A stretch of DNA of 64,000 nt from Gammaproteobacteria bacterium (GCA_013152415.1 JAADGI010000018.1:13046-77045), one strand, 5' to 3'; counted from the first letter of the stretch, positions 10,455-21,387 are shown. Translations and numbers: made by a program. The notes: generated by a model from the sequence alone, not told the origin.

Positions 10455-11522
10455 CTACCTCCGCTTCTTTTTCTTAGCCTTCTTTTTCTTAACCTTCTTT
10501 TTCTTGGCGGCCTTCTTTTTAGTCGCCTTTTTCTTGGTCTTCTTTTTCTTGGCTACTTTTTTCTTAGCCTTCTTTTTGACCTTCTTTTTAGTCTTCTTTT
10601 TCTTAACAGCCTTTTTCCGGGTTGCCTTTTTCTTAACCTTCTTTTTCTTGGCGGCCTTCTTTTTAGTCGCCTTTTTCTTGGTCACTTTCTTCTTGGCAGC
10701 CTTCTTCTTGGCAGCCTTCTTCTTGGCCTTCTTTTTTGCGGCCTTTTTAGGTTTCTTTTTAGTTGTCTTGGTAGCCTTCTTCTTCTTTTTCTTAGCAGTC
10801 TTGGCCGTTGCAGTGGGTGATGTCACCGCTGCCACCACCGGCTGTGCCTCGACGCCCTTTACCTGTAGTGGCCGAATCTCGGCATCCACCATGTCACAAA
10901 TGTGGGAAAAAATCTCATCCACCTCGTCCATACCATGGACCCGGCGTAGCTTTCCCTGGGCCTTGTAATAGGCGACCAAGGGGGCGGTCTCGCTTTCATA
11001 GACCTCCAGCCGTTTTCGGATGGTGGATTCATTATCATCCGAACGTTGCATGAGTGATCCACCACATTTGTCACAGCGACCCTGAATCTTGGGCGTGGCA
11101 AAATGAATGTTGTACATCTGGCCACAGCTGCTGCAGGTGCGTCGACCGGTCAGCCGTTTGATCAGGATATCGTTGTCCACTGCTACCAATAGGGCAATTT
11201 GCAGGGGCCGACCCAACCAGGCGAGCTTGGCATCCAGTTCCTGGGCCTGGGGGATATTGCGGGGAAAGCCATCAAGGATAAAGCCACTCTTGGCATCAGG
11301 CTGGGTCAAACGCTCTTCGATCATACCCAAAACTACGTCGTCTGATACCAACTGGCCTGCATCCATAGCCGCCTTGGCCTGCTTGCCGAGAGCCGTTCCT
11401 GCCTTGACTGCAGCACGCAGCAGGTCCCCGGTGGACACCTGCGGTACCTTGTATCTCTCAACTAGTAATTTGGCCTGGGTTCCCTTCCCGGATCCTGGTG
11501 CACCCAACAGTATTATTCTCAT
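10455..11522 (-). CDS. adk: Adenylate kinase fused to a lysine/alanine-rich (KKKA-repeat) histone-H1-like C-terminal tail about 120 aa long
   Basis: N-terminal GAPGSGKGT P-loop and a Cys4 zinc lid (CSSC...CDKC). The core ends around residue 217. It is followed by a linker and then KKKAAKKK-type repeats running to the stop. Confidence 0.85.
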   Translation of the reverse strand: MRIILLGAPGSGKGTQAKLLVERYKVPQVSTGDLLRAAVKAGTALGKQAKAAMDAGQLVSDDVVLGMIEERLTQPDAKSGFILDGFPRNIPQAQELDAKLAWLGRPLQIALLVAVDNDILIKRLTGRRTCSSCGQMYNIHFATPKIQGRCDKCGGSLMQRSDDNESTIRKRLEVYESETAPLVAYYKAQGKLRRVHGMDEVDEIFSHICDMVDAEIRPLQVKGVEAQPVVAAVTSPTATAKTAKKKKKKATKTTKKKPKKAAKKKAKKKAAKKKAAKKKVTKKKATKKKAAKKKKVKKKATRKKAVKKKKTKKKVKKKAKKKVAKKKKTKKKATKKKAAKKKKVKKKKAKKKKRR

Positions 11523-11792
11523 GATTTTCTCGCTCTTGGATTTTTCTTGCCCCAGACCTTCACTTGGCCCAGGTCTATGTAAGGCCGCTAAACTACCGCC
11601 TTGACGGCCCTGACGTCAATGGTGAAAGCCAATTATGCGTGATCTCAGCACCCTGAAATTTCAAGGCTAACCCCTTAACCCCGTGACCCTGGACACGAAA
11701 AAATCCCGATTTCTCTGCTGATGGGGCAAAAAACCGGGCTGCGGCCTTGCCATGACACGTCGTTGTGGGACAATCCCCCTCCGGAGAATCCC

Positions 11793-12182
11793 ATGCCAGA
11801 TATCAACGACTTTAGCGACACCGAAATGTGGACCATCCAGACCACGTTGAAGGAACGCTATGGCAAGGACGTGGAGGTGCAGCTGGCGGATGTTGATCTA
11901 CGCCTAAGCCCCGCTGACCGCGAAACCACCTCTTGCCCAGCCCTGTACTGGTCTGAACGCGATGCCAACTTTGTGGTCGCCAAACTCGGCGATGAACGCT
12001 TTTATTGTCAGTTTTATTATCGCGGCCACGAGCAGTTTGGCGTTGGCCGTGATGAGTGGGACAACCTGGCGGAGTGTGTCACCACCTTATTGCAAGTTCA
12101 GGCTGATCACGAGGCCAAACGGGCCACGGAACCCGAAGACAGCACCGGGGACACCAAGAGAGCAACGCCTGATTCGCCCTGA
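11793..12182 (+). CDS. Hypothetical acidic protein
   Basis: The ORF has a GGAGAA RBS 6 nt before the ATG at 11793. I do not recognise the family. Confidence 0.4.
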   Translation: MPDINDFSDTEMWTIQTTLKERYGKDVEVQLADVDLRLSPADRETTSCPALYWSERDANFVVAKLGDERFYCQFYYRGHEQFGVGRDEWDNLAECVTTLLQVQADHEAKRATEPEDSTGDTKRATPDSP

Positions 12183-12255
12183 TCGGCCAAGCAATTCACC
12201 CGATTTCTTTTAACCCTATCCAATATAAATAGCAGCAGCGAGGTAGTAACATCCA

Positions 12256-13593
12256 ATGGCAGCCCGAAAGAAGAAGACTAAATCCAAGAAAAAAACCGTG
12301 AAACGCGCTAAGTCACGGGTCACCCCCAAGCCCAAGGCCCAAAATGCCTTTTACGCCCAATCCGGCGGTGTCACCGCAGTCATCAATGCGTCCGCTTGTG
12401 GCATCATCGAAACCGCGCGTAAACATAAAAAACATATTGCCAAGGTCTATGCGGGCCGTAATGGCATCATCGGCGCGCTCACCGAAGACCTGATTGATAC
12501 CAGCAAGGAATCTGCGGCCACCATCCGCGCCCTGCGCCATACTCCCAGTGGGGCCTTTGGCTCATGCCGCTACAAGCTCAAAAGCCTGGAACACAACCGC
12601 CGTGAGTACGAACGCCTCATCGAGGTCTTCAAGGCCCACAATATCGGTTATTTCTTCTACAATGGTGGCGGTGATTCTGCCGATACCTGTCTCAAGATTT
12701 CCCAGCTATCCGAGACCATGGGCTATCCCATCAAGGCCATCCATGTGCCCAAGACCGTGGACAATGATCTGCCCATTACCGACAACTGCCCCGGCTTCGG
12801 TTCGGTAGCCAAATACATTGCAATCTCCACCCGAGAGGCCAGCTTCGACGTGGCCTCCATGTGCAAGACCTCTACCAAGGTCTTTGTGCTGGAAGTGATG
12901 GGTCGCCATGCCGGCTGGATTGCCGCCGCCGGTGGCCTGGCCTCGAACAAGGATTGCGAAATTCCGGTAATTATCCTGTTCCCGGAAGTGGCCTTCGATA
13001 AGGAAAAATTCCTCAAGCGGGTGGATGAACTGGTCAAGAAACACGGCTACTGCTCAGTAGTGGTGTCTGAAGGTGTTAAAGGTGCCGACGGCAAGTTTCT
13101 TGCCGACCAGGGCCTGGTGGATGCCTTCGGTCATGCCCAACTGGGGGGGGCCGCACCGGTGGTCGCCAACATGATCAAGGATGGCCTGGGCCTGAAATAC
13201 CATTGGGGCGTGGCCGATTATCTACAGCGGGCGGCGCGCCATGTGGCCTCCAAGACCGATGTGGATATGGCCTACGCCATGGGTAAGGCCGCAGTGCAGT
13301 ATGCCGTCAAGGGTCACAACTCGGTAATGCCCACCGTAGTCCGCACCTCCAACAAACCCTTCAAGTGGAAAGTGGGCATGGCCCCCTTGAGTAAGGTGGC
13401 CAATGTGGAAAAAATGATGCCGAAAAACTTTATCAGTAAAGATGGTTTTGGTATCACCCAGGCCTGCCGCAATTATCTGACCCCCCTCATCAAGGGTGAA
13501 GACTACCCGCCTTATAAGGATGGCATGCCGAAATACGTACGACCCAAGAGTGTGGCCGTACCAAAAAAGCTCAAAAACAAGTTCGAGCTGTAA
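12256..13593 (+). CDS. pfp: Pyrophosphate-dependent 6-phosphofructokinase (PPi-PFK, Pfp), carrying a roughly 30-aa lysine-rich N-terminal extension
   Basis: PFK fold (AFYAQSGGVTAVINA ... GGDGS-equivalent region) and about 420 aa, typical of gammaproteobacterial Pfp. It is adjacent to an H+-PPase gene, as in methanotrophs and sulfur oxidisers. Confidence 0.8.
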   Translation: MAARKKKTKSKKKTVKRAKSRVTPKPKAQNAFYAQSGGVTAVINASACGIIETARKHKKHIAKVYAGRNGIIGALTEDLIDTSKESAATIRALRHTPSGAFGSCRYKLKSLEHNRREYERLIEVFKAHNIGYFFYNGGGDSADTCLKISQLSETMGYPIKAIHVPKTVDNDLPITDNCPGFGSVAKYIAISTREASFDVASMCKTSTKVFVLEVMGRHAGWIAAAGGLASNKDCEIPVIILFPEVAFDKEKFLKRVDELVKKHGYCSVVVSEGVKGADGKFLADQGLVDAFGHAQLGGAAPVVANMIKDGLGLKYHWGVADYLQRAARHVASKTDVDMAYAMGKAAVQYAVKGHNSVMPTVVRTSNKPFKWKVGMAPLSKVANVEKMMPKNFISKDGFGITQACRNYLTPLIKGEDYPPYKDGMPKYVRPKSVAVPKKLKNKFEL

Positions 13594-13597
13594 TCTG

Positions 13598-13639
13598 AAC
13601 GCCACCGCCGCTATTGATAGCAATATCGGTGGTGGCGTT
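13598..13639 (+). terminator. Large imperfect hairpin immediately after the pfp stop (13-bp outer stem plus palindromic loop), possible terminator or attenuator
   Basis: AACGCCACCGCCG-N16-CGGTGGTGGCGTT. There is no clear U-tract. Confidence 0.35.
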
Positions 13640-13827
13640 CCCACCTGCAACACAGCAAGTGTACGTTCCCATTTATAAATCAATGAGTTATCCGATTTTT
13701 TTACAAAACTATTGATGAAATTTCGTGCTAGAAAGATTCCAATTTAATGGCCGCATAAAAATATTTACCTTGCCTATTTATACCTTTGCTGCAAGCTTGC
13801 AGGCTGTTTTTCCGACCCCGGAAACTA

Positions 13828-14040
13828 ATGACAATTGATAAGGCACACGAGTTACTAGAGGTTCAGGCCGGCTTCGGTGGTTTCTATAATGGCAATTCGG
13901 CCAAACTGATCCTGTCTGAGGTAAGCCGTGAACATGGACAGGCCGCTGTGGACCAACTCATTCGTGAATTGGAACTGGAACACATCTTTGGTTTTAAACC
14001 GGGTACGGAATTTAAGGGTGGCTTGGCCATAGATGACTAA
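13828..14040 (+). CDS. Small hypothetical protein (70 aa)
   Basis: ORF upstream of hppA. The start is uncertain (TTG at 13786 or ATG at 13828). Confidence 0.3.
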   Translation: MTIDKAHELLEVQAGFGGFYNGNSAKLILSEVSREHGQAAVDQLIRELELEHIFGFKPGTEFKGGLAIDD

Positions 14041-14114
14041 GGCAACGTTCATCTAGCTTTAAGTGACTAAAACTATAATCTCGAACCTAACCCTATAATT
14101 TAGGAGGAGTACCC

Positions 14115-16154
14115 ATGGCGACCGGATTAATCATCGCATTAGTGTGCGCAGCTGCGGCATTGTTATACGGCGCGTTCTCAATCAAGTGGATTCTAGCCAA
14201 GCCAGCCGGCAACGAACGCATGCAAGAAATTGCAGCGGCCATTCAAGAAGGGGCCATGGCTTATCTTAACCGTCAATATTCCACCATCGCCGTAGTCGGC
14301 GTTGTCCTCATGGTCGCCATCGCCTATTTTGTCGACACCATGACCGCAGTGGGGTTTGTCATTGGCGCCGTACTTTCAGGCCTGACCGGCTATATTGGTA
14401 TGCATATCTCAGTGCGCTCCAACGTACGCACCGCTGAGGCCGCCAACAATGGCCTTAACGCCGCCATGCAAGTGGCCTTTCGCGGTGGTGCCATCACCGG
14501 CATGCTGGTGGTGGGTTTGGGGCTACTGGGTGTGGCCGGCTTCTACGGGGTCCTGGCAGCCATGGCGCCCAGCGGCGAGACCGTCAACCTGACACCCCTG
14601 ATAGGCTTGGCCTTTGGTGGTTCCCTGATCTCCATTTTTGCACGACTCGGTGGCGGTATCTTCACCAAGGGTGCCGATGTAGGTGCCGATATCGTAGGCA
14701 AGGTCGAGGCCGGTATCCCCGAAGATGACCCCCGTAACCCCGCAGTAATCGCTGATAACGTGGGGGATAATGTAGGGGATTGCGCCGGTATGGCCGCTGA
14801 TCTGTTTGAAACCTATGCCGTCACCATCGTCGCCACCATGCTGTTGGGAGGATTACTTATCAGCGGGGCAGGAACCACTTCGGCAATCTATCCCCTGGTC
14901 CTGGGGGGTGTCTCCATCATTGCCTGTATCGTTGGAACCTTCTTCGTCAAGGCACGAGAAGGTGGCAAGATCATGAATGCCTTGTATCGTGGGCTCATCG
15001 TCACCGGGATCCTTGCCGCAGCAGGCTTTTATCCGGCCACCATGTGGATGATGGGTGACGGCGTCAGCATAGACGGCAACACCATCTCGTCATTAAACTT
15101 GTATTACGCCACCTTGATCGGACTGGCACTCACTGCAGCCATGGTGGTCATCACTGAGTACTACACCGGTACGGAATACAAGCCGGTACGGCATATTGCT
15201 GAAGCCTCTACTACCGGCGACGGCACCAACGTCATCGCCGGCCTGGGTGTGTCCATGAAATCCACCGCCCTGCCCGTATTGGCCGTCTGTGCCAGTATTT
15301 GGGGGGCCCATGAATTGGCGGGACTGTACGGTATCGCCATCGCCGCGACCTCTATGTTGTCCCTAACCGGTATCATTGTCGCCCTGGACGCCTATGGCCC
15401 CATCACCGATAACGCCGGTGGTATTGCTGAAATGGCCGAACTGGACGAGAAAATTCGCAACATCACCGACCCCCTGGATGCGGTGGGCAACACCACCAAG
15501 GCGGTCACCAAGGGTTATGCCATCGGCTCCGCCGGGCTTGCTGCCCTGGTGTTATTTGCCGATTTCACCCACTCGTTGGACGCCCATGGTGGACAGCCTC
15601 TCAACTTCTCCCTGGACAACCACATGGTGCTCATCGGTCTGTTTATCGGTGGTCTGGTGCCCTACCTGTTCGGTGCCATGGCCATGGAGGCCGTAGGTCG
15701 GGCCGCTGGGGGCATCGTCAACGAGGTACGTCGGCAGTTCAAAGAAATCCCTGGCATCATGAAGGGCACGGCCAAACCGGACTACACCCGGGCCGTAGAT
15801 ATGCTGACCAAGGCCGCCATCAAAGAAATGATAATACCGTCCCTATTACCGATAGCGGTGCCCATTCTGGTGGGCCTGCTGCTGGGCAAAGAGGCCTTGG
15901 GTGGCCTGCTGATTGGCACTATCGTCACCGGCCTGTTTGTGGCCATCTCCATGACCACCGGTGGTGGTGCCTGGGATAATGCCAAAAAGTACATCGAGGA
16001 TGGTAACCATGGCGGTAAGGGTTCCGACGCCCACAAGGCCGCTGTGACCGGTGATACCGTAGGTGACCCCTACAAGGACACCGCCGGTCCCGCCATTAAC
16101 CCATTGATCAAAATTATCAATATTGTCGCTCTGCTGATGGTGCCGTTGTTATAA
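14115..16154 (+). CDS. hppA: K+-insensitive H+-translocating membrane pyrophosphatase (HppA)
   Basis: 679 aa with about 16 TM segments. The GNTTKA motif has Lys at the K+-dependence position. DxxxD PPi-binding motifs are present. Confidence 0.95.
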   Translation: MATGLIIALVCAAAALLYGAFSIKWILAKPAGNERMQEIAAAIQEGAMAYLNRQYSTIAVVGVVLMVAIAYFVDTMTAVGFVIGAVLSGLTGYIGMHISVRSNVRTAEAANNGLNAAMQVAFRGGAITGMLVVGLGLLGVAGFYGVLAAMAPSGETVNLTPLIGLAFGGSLISIFARLGGGIFTKGADVGADIVGKVEAGIPEDDPRNPAVIADNVGDNVGDCAGMAADLFETYAVTIVATMLLGGLLISGAGTTSAIYPLVLGGVSIIACIVGTFFVKAREGGKIMNALYRGLIVTGILAAAGFYPATMWMMGDGVSIDGNTISSLNLYYATLIGLALTAAMVVITEYYTGTEYKPVRHIAEASTTGDGTNVIAGLGVSMKSTALPVLAVCASIWGAHELAGLYGIAIAATSMLSLTGIIVALDAYGPITDNAGGIAEMAELDEKIRNITDPLDAVGNTTKAVTKGYAIGSAGLAALVLFADFTHSLDAHGGQPLNFSLDNHMVLIGLFIGGLVPYLFGAMAMEAVGRAAGGIVNEVRRQFKEIPGIMKGTAKPDYTRAVDMLTKAAIKEMIIPSLLPIAVPILVGLLLGKEALGGLLIGTIVTGLFVAISMTTGGGAWDNAKKYIEDGNHGGKGSDAHKAAVTGDTVGDPYKDTAGPAINPLIKIINIVALLMVPLL

Positions 16155-16250
16155 AAACAGGCGAAAGGAACGAGGGGAAGGGATGCCCCATACACCTGTT
16201 TCTCTGGATTTTGGCTTCCACCAGAACCTTACGCAACTGAGGAAAAAATC

Positions 16251-16460
16251 ATGCAAAAGTGGATCGACAAGTTGGTTGGCAAGGAAGTCAAAGTCATTAC
16301 CCGCAATGACGAGACCGAACACGAAGGTACCTTGCTCGCAATCAATATGGAGCCCCTGAAACATGGTATGGGCCCGTCGGTGGCCATCGAGAATGATGAC
16401 CGCACCCACACCCTGGCCTTTGACGTAGAGTACATCGACGAACTACACGAAGACGACTAA
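16251..16460 (+). CDS. Small hypothetical protein (69 aa)
   Basis: Good RBS (GAGGAAAAAATCATG). No recognisable family. Confidence 0.4.
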   Translation: MQKWIDKLVGKEVKVITRNDETEHEGTLLAINMEPLKHGMGPSVAIENDDRTHTLAFDVEYIDELHEDD

Positions 16461-16473
16461 GAGAGCCCTTAAT

Positions 16474-17385
16474 TCAGTCCCCGTTGCCCTTTCTTCGGGC
16501 TCGGGGGTGGGTCTGATCATAGACCTTGGCCAAATGTTGAAAGTTGAGGTGAGTGTAAACCTGGGTGGTGGCAATATCTGCATGCCCGAGTAATTCCTGG
16601 ACCGCACGCAGGTCACCACTGGACTCCAACAGGTGGCTGGCAAAAGAATGGCGCAACATGTGTGGGTGCACCGGCACCCCCACCCCTTGGCGGCGAGCCC
16701 AATATTGAATACGGCCCTGCACCCCACGCCCACTGATACGTTGGCCACGACTATTAACAAACAAGGCCGATTCAGCTTGTTTTGCGACTTCCCCACGACA
16801 GACCAGCCATTCTTGAGTAGCCTCGCGGGCAAAACGGCCCACCGGCACGATACGCGTCTTACCACCCTTACCGGTCACCCGTACCGTCGCGTCCACCAGA
16901 TCGATATCCGCCACATCCAATGACACCAACTCAGCAAGGCGCAATCCAGAGGAATACAACAATTCCATAATAGCCCGGTCACGCAAGGCCAAAGGCTGTC
17001 GACTATTTACTGCCACCAACAAGCCGACCTGCTCGATATCCAGAGTCTTGGGCAACAACTTGGGTGACTTGGGAGCAGCCACCCCTTCCAGGGGGTTATA
17101 GCTGACCGTGTTCTGCTTGATAAGGTATCGATAAAACGAGCGGGCTGCAGAGAGCAACCGCGCAATACTGCGACCCGAGAGATTATTGTGATGCAGATGA
17201 GCTACATAGTTGCGGCTATCGTGAACAGTGAGCATGTCCCACGACAATATATGCTGCTGGTCACAAAATTTTTCCAATCGGCCAAGGTCACGACCATAGT
17301 TACTTAGGGTATGGGGCGACAAACGCCGCTCAACCCTTAGCGAGTCTAAATAGCCGGAGATTTGCTTTTGGGCCGACGTATTCAC
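16474..17385 (-). CDS. xerC: Tyrosine recombinase XerC
   Basis: R..HxxR..Y catalytic residues (HMLRHSFASHLL, C-terminal Y). It sits in the conserved dapF-DUF484-xerC arrangement. Confidence 0.85.
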   Translation of the reverse strand: MNTSAQKQISGYLDSLRVERRLSPHTLSNYGRDLGRLEKFCDQQHILSWDMLTVHDSRNYVAHLHHNNLSGRSIARLLSAARSFYRYLIKQNTVSYNPLEGVAAPKSPKLLPKTLDIEQVGLLVAVNSRQPLALRDRAIMELLYSSGLRLAELVSLDVADIDLVDATVRVTGKGGKTRIVPVGRFAREATQEWLVCRGEVAKQAESALFVNSRGQRISGRGVQGRIQYWARRQGVGVPVHPHMLRHSFASHLLESSGDLRAVQELLGHADIATTQVYTHLNFQHLAKVYDQTHPRARRKGNGD

Positions 17386-17408
17386 AAATTCATGGCCCTA
17401 CCCTCACA

Positions 17409-18164
17409 CTAAGAGCGGAATCTCTGAAAGGCGCTACTCATTACCTCACCCAAACGCCCCAAATAAACGGTACCGATGTCAGGGTGAAAGCGGCGTTTAT
17501 CCGATGAGGTCAACACCAACACACCCCATGGGGCACCCGTCCCCAAGGCAACAAAGGCAACTGAGGCAATAACTTTCGCACTGCCCAAAAACAGGGCTTC
17601 CATGATCGTGGCATCGGGTTGATCGTCACACCGCACTCGGGCATCACCCATCCAATTTAACAAATGATGAGCCAATTCAGACTCTGGGTAGATGATCTCG
17701 GCACCCATCTTGGCCAGTGCCTCATTATCATCGGCACACACCAACCGAGTCGTCTCAAGCTTAAAGTTATCGCGTAACCGATCACTGATGACACGCAATA
17801 ATTTTTTAGCACTGCTCGCCTCATTCAAAGCCAAACAAAACCGATGTAGACGCTCACCCGCGACATTATTTTCGCGTGCGATGGCCATCAAATCCTGTAA
17901 CTGTCTTTGCATAGCACAATTCTTAGTGCGCAACACATCGACCTGTTTCTCAATCAGCGATATTGTGACGCCGCGACCCTCATGGGGGATACGCAAATGC
18001 ATTAGTATTTCTGGATGACTCTCAAAATAGTCCAGGTGTTCACCCAAATAGCGAGTCACAGTTTCCTCCCACTGTAGTTCCGGGGACACCTCAGTGTTTT
18101 GTTCTTCTCTCATTCGCTTATTAACCCCGCAATGCATCCATATCAACTTGACCATCAAATACAT
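17409..18164 (-). CDS. DUF484 family protein (YigA-like)
   Basis: Lies between dapF and xerC, as in many gammaproteobacteria. GAF-like. Confidence 0.75.
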   Translation of the reverse strand: MYLMVKLIWMHCGVNKRMREEQNTEVSPELQWEETVTRYLGEHLDYFESHPEILMHLRIPHEGRGVTISLIEKQVDVLRTKNCAMQRQLQDLMAIARENNVAGERLHRFCLALNEASSAKKLLRVISDRLRDNFKLETTRLVCADDNEALAKMGAEIIYPESELAHHLLNWMGDARVRCDDQPDATIMEALFLGSAKVIASVAFVALGTGAPWGVLVLTSSDKRRFHPDIGTVYLGRLGEVMSSAFQRFRS

Positions 18165-18969
18165 GGTGGGCGGGTCCGGTCATCTCAACACCGTGACCTT
18201 CACCTGCCCAACGCACATCCAACCATCCACCACGCAATTGCACCTGAACCCGTTCACCCAACACGCCTCTAATACGACCCGTAACCACTGCAGCACAGGC
18301 CCCCGATCCACAGGCCAGAGTTTCACCCACACCACGCTCATACACGCGCAACCGAATCTCGACGTCACTGACGATCTCCATGTACCCCGCATTCACCCGT
18401 TGGGGAAATCTTGAGTGCTGCTCTATCAAAGGTCCCTGTGTTGTTACGGGTGCCCGGTCAATGGCATCAACAATCTGTACCGCATGAGGATTGCCCATGG
18501 ACAACACCGTTACTTCCACAATATTACCCTCTACGTCCAGATCATACCTGTCTTGCCGGCCATCGGCCACAAACGGGATACGGGTGGGTTCAAACTGGGG
18601 AGCGCCCATATCCAGGCTAACACGCCCGTCCTGCTCTACCTTGGCCTCGATCACACCGGCTCCGGTGGACACAATGATCTGACGTTTATCGGTCAAACCC
18701 TGGTGACGGACGAACAGAGCAAAACAACGCGCACCATTACCACACTGATCGACCTCACCCCCATCAGCGTTAAATATCCGGTAATTAAAATCGATCCCCA
18801 CCTGATTCGCCGGCTCCACCAACAGCAACTGATCGCAGCCCACACCGAAATGCCGATCCGCCAGTCGTCGAATCTGGTCACGTTCCAGCCGTATTTTCTG
18901 GCGCACTGCGTCGATGACTATGAAATCATTTCCCAGGGCCTGCATCTTAGAAAACTTTAGTATCATCAC
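18121..18969 (-). CDS. dapF: Diaminopimelate epimerase DapF
   Basis: N-terminal [10 protein letters not shown] and catalytic Cys motifs (GNGARC, GSGACA). Confidence 0.9.
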   Translation of the reverse strand: MMILKFSKMQALGNDFIVIDAVRQKIRLERDQIRRLADRHFGVGCDQLLLVEPANQVGIDFNYRIFNADGGEVDQCGNGARCFALFVRHQGLTDKRQIIVSTGAGVIEAKVEQDGRVSLDMGAPQFEPTRIPFVADGRQDRYDLDVEGNIVEVTVLSMGNPHAVQIVDAIDRAPVTTQGPLIEQHSRFPQRVNAGYMEIVSDVEIRLRVYERGVGETLACGSGACAAVVTGRIRGVLGERVQVQLRGGWLDVRWAGEGHGVEMTGPAHHVFDGQVDMDALRG

Positions 18970-19086
18970 TCGTCTTAGCCTCTGCGTCTTTGCAAGAATA
19001 TCATTGCATCAAACGCTTGGCACTATTACTTACAACCTCTCAATAAGTCCGTGCAACCTCAATCTAACGAACTTATCGAAAAGTTA

Positions 19087-19908
19087 CTATTGATTGCCTT
19101 CACCAAGATAAGCGGTCCAATCGTGGTTACCGCTACCACCAGCAAAAAACCACGGATTGAGTATGGAAGGCTTGTTATAGGTCAAGGGAGAATTTTTAGA
19201 ATCCACCACCCTCCCCCCGGCTGCCTCGACCACACATTGGGCCGCAGCCGTATCCCATTCCGAGGTGGGCCCCAGGCGCGGATAGACATCGGCACGACCC
19301 TCTGCCACCAGGCACAGCTTGATGGAGCTGCCCATCGCCAAGGCCTGAAAAGAACCTTGGCATTGCTCGAATCGCGCCAGATAGTCGGCCAGATCCTTGC
19401 CTGGGTGGGACCGGCTGGTGACGATTGTGGCCGCGCCACCGTGATACGAACGTGCATGAATTGCCCGCTCGGCACCCTCTGGGTCACAGCGGAATGCACC
19501 TTCACCCTCACAGGCAAAGTAACTGACCCCCGATACCGGTAGGTGCACCACGCCCAGCACCGGCCTGTGACCGTCAATCAGGGCAATGTTCACCGTAAAC
19601 TCATCATTGCGCTTAACAAACTCCCGCGTGCCATCAAGGGGGTCGACCAACCAGAATTTCTCCCAGTCTTGACGCATGGCCAAGACACGACTGTCCGACT
19701 CCTCGGATAACGTAGGAATATCTGGCGTAAGTTTGGCCAACCCGGTAACAATAACCTGATGGGCGGCCCGATCTGCGTCCGTGAGGGGGGACCCGTCACA
19801 CTTTGTGTCCACATCAAATCCCCGTTGATAAATATCCAGGATACGGTCTGCCGCCTGGGCCGCCAGTTCCCGTATCCGAGACAAATAATGACTATACCGG
19901 GCTGACAC
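19087..19908 (-). CDS. cysQ: 3'(2'),5'-bisphosphate nucleotidase CysQ (inositol monophosphatase family)
   Basis: WLVDPLDGTREF metal-binding motif. About 270 aa. Confidence 0.8.
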   Translation of the reverse strand: MSARYSHYLSRIRELAAQAADRILDIYQRGFDVDTKCDGSPLTDADRAAHQVIVTGLAKLTPDIPTLSEESDSRVLAMRQDWEKFWLVDPLDGTREFVKRNDEFTVNIALIDGHRPVLGVVHLPVSGVSYFACEGEGAFRCDPEGAERAIHARSYHGGAATIVTSRSHPGKDLADYLARFEQCQGSFQALAMGSSIKLCLVAEGRADVYPRLGPTSEWDTAAAQCVVEAAGGRVVDSKNSPLTYNKPSILNPWFFAGGSGNHDWTAYLGEGNQ

Positions 19909-19913
19909 TGGCC

Positions 19914-20465
19914 TTAAGTACCGGCCGCGGCCAGATAGTCGCGCAAAAGGAATAGGGCAAGGAGGCTCCTTGCCTCAGTAAAATCTGGCTGATCCAGTAA
20001 GGATTTAATATCGTCAACGGGCCAGGTCAGCGTCTCGATAGGCTCAGGTTCATCACCCTCGAGCTGTTGCGGATAAAGATCTTGAGCCAACAGAACATGG
20101 CAATGGTGGTCACTGTAACCCGGCGCCAGATACACCTTCCGAAGGGGCTCTATACGTCGAGCACCCAACCCTATCTCCTCCATAAGCTCCCGTTGCCCCG
20201 CCTGTTCCGGCGTTTCGCCTGCCTCTATCCGCCCCTTCGGAAAAGTGAGCTCATAGTCCTCAACCCCGGCAGCATATTCTCGAATGAGGATAATATTATG
20301 GGCATCGGCCATGGGCACCACCATTACCGCACTGGCCGCAGCCCCACATAATCGTTCATATTGTGCCTTGATCCCATTTGAAAACACCAAGTTCAATTGC
20401 TCAATTTGAAACAACCTCGATTGGGCGATGACTTGGCGAGACTCGATACTCGGTTTCTTTTTCAT
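19914..20465 (-). CDS. nudE: NUDIX hydrolase, NudE-like ADP-compounds hydrolase
   Basis: Nudix box GRIEAGETPEQAGQRELMEEIG. Adjacent to cysQ, with yrfG nearby. Confidence 0.75.
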   Translation of the reverse strand: MKKKPSIESRQVIAQSRLFQIEQLNLVFSNGIKAQYERLCGAAASAVMVVPMADAHNIILIREYAAGVEDYELTFPKGRIEAGETPEQAGQRELMEEIGLGARRIEPLRKVYLAPGYSDHHCHVLLAQDLYPQQLEGDEPEPIETLTWPVDDIKSLLDQPDFTEARSLLALFLLRDYLAAAGT

Positions 20466-20528
20466 AACACCGAGCGTAAAACAAATATTACAGCTAAACT
20501 ATGGGATATAACGTCAGAGGGCATCATA

Positions 20529-20873
20529 GTGATTACGACACAAGAAGATAAAAACCTGATAGGAATAAAAGTGTTTGGGGAGCTGACTATAGCAGATTTT
20601 CGAGAATTCGAGGACGCGGTCACCGACGAACTGGAACGTTATCAGAAGATTGACCTACTCGTGGACCTGAGTGAAATGACCGGCTTTACCCTGGACGCCG
20701 CACTCGAAGATATTCAGTTTAATCGCCAACACGCTCATGACTTTAAACGCATTGCCATAGTCACTGATAGTCAGTGGTTGACGTGGTTATCCTGGCTGTC
20801 AGGAACATTCACCCAGGCTGAGGTCCAAACCTTTCCCGATATTGCCAGTGCCAATGATTGGCTGGCAGGCTAA
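20529..20873 (+). CDS. STAS/SEC14-like domain protein (DUF3478 family)
   Basis: Resembles DUF3478 proteins (RIAIVTDSQWLTWL..., C-terminal AEV..F). The ORF has no internal ATG, so the start is placed at GTG 20529. The exact start is uncertain. Confidence 0.55.
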   Translation: MITTQEDKNLIGIKVFGELTIADFREFEDAVTDELERYQKIDLLVDLSEMTGFTLDAALEDIQFNRQHAHDFKRIAIVTDSQWLTWLSWLSGTFTQAEVQTFPDIASANDWLAG

Positions 20874-20914
20874 GCCTTGAGGTCCTCTAGTCCTCTGAGG
20901 AACAAAAGCCTGGC

Positions 20915-21337
20915 TTAGTGGGCCAGGGGCGTAAAACCAAAGTCACCCCGCCACGTCCCCCGGGAATAATCCAGGCTCAACCACCGTGGAGCAATCCGAG
21001 AATCATGTTGCAAGGGAAAATCAATCACGTCGGGTTCATCCACTATGTCACTGACCCGGCAGCGCCGGGTCATAACGGGGCGAAAACTGATGGACACCCG
21101 ACTATTCAAATTAACCAGGCTGTGTTCCTTGCGAGGCGTGGACAGCACATTTACCCGCTTTCGAATCAGGCAGCTAAAGTAAAGCTCCATCTCAAAATGG
21201 ACCGGCTGATTGACACGCTCTAGGGCAGACTGTGCCCGTTTGGTGAGCACCACCTGCAGTAACCGCTCACCCATTTTGATCTGACGTATCGCATTGGTAT
21301 CCACATGAGTATCCTCTAGGTCAGGCTGATAGTGCAT
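20915..21337 (-). CDS. Hypothetical protein
   Basis: 140-aa ORF inserted between the STAS gene and yrfG. No family recognised. Confidence 0.4.
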   Translation of the reverse strand: MHYQPDLEDTHVDTNAIRQIKMGERLLQVVLTKRAQSALERVNQPVHFEMELYFSCLIRKRVNVLSTPRKEHSLVNLNSRVSISFRPVMTRRCRVSDIVDEPDVIDFPLQHDSRIAPRWLSLDYSRGTWRGDFGFTPLAH

Positions 21338-21358
21338 CGCGCACGTGTTTGAATATTT

Positions 21359-21387
21359 ACTAAGGAAAACGGAAGTTGCCCGACATC
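21359..21387. repeat. 29-nt motif ACTAAGGAAAACGGAAGTTGCCCGACATC, copy 1 (partial element)
   Basis: Near-identical (27/29) to 25515-25543, in a divergent intergenic region. Confidence 0.6.
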
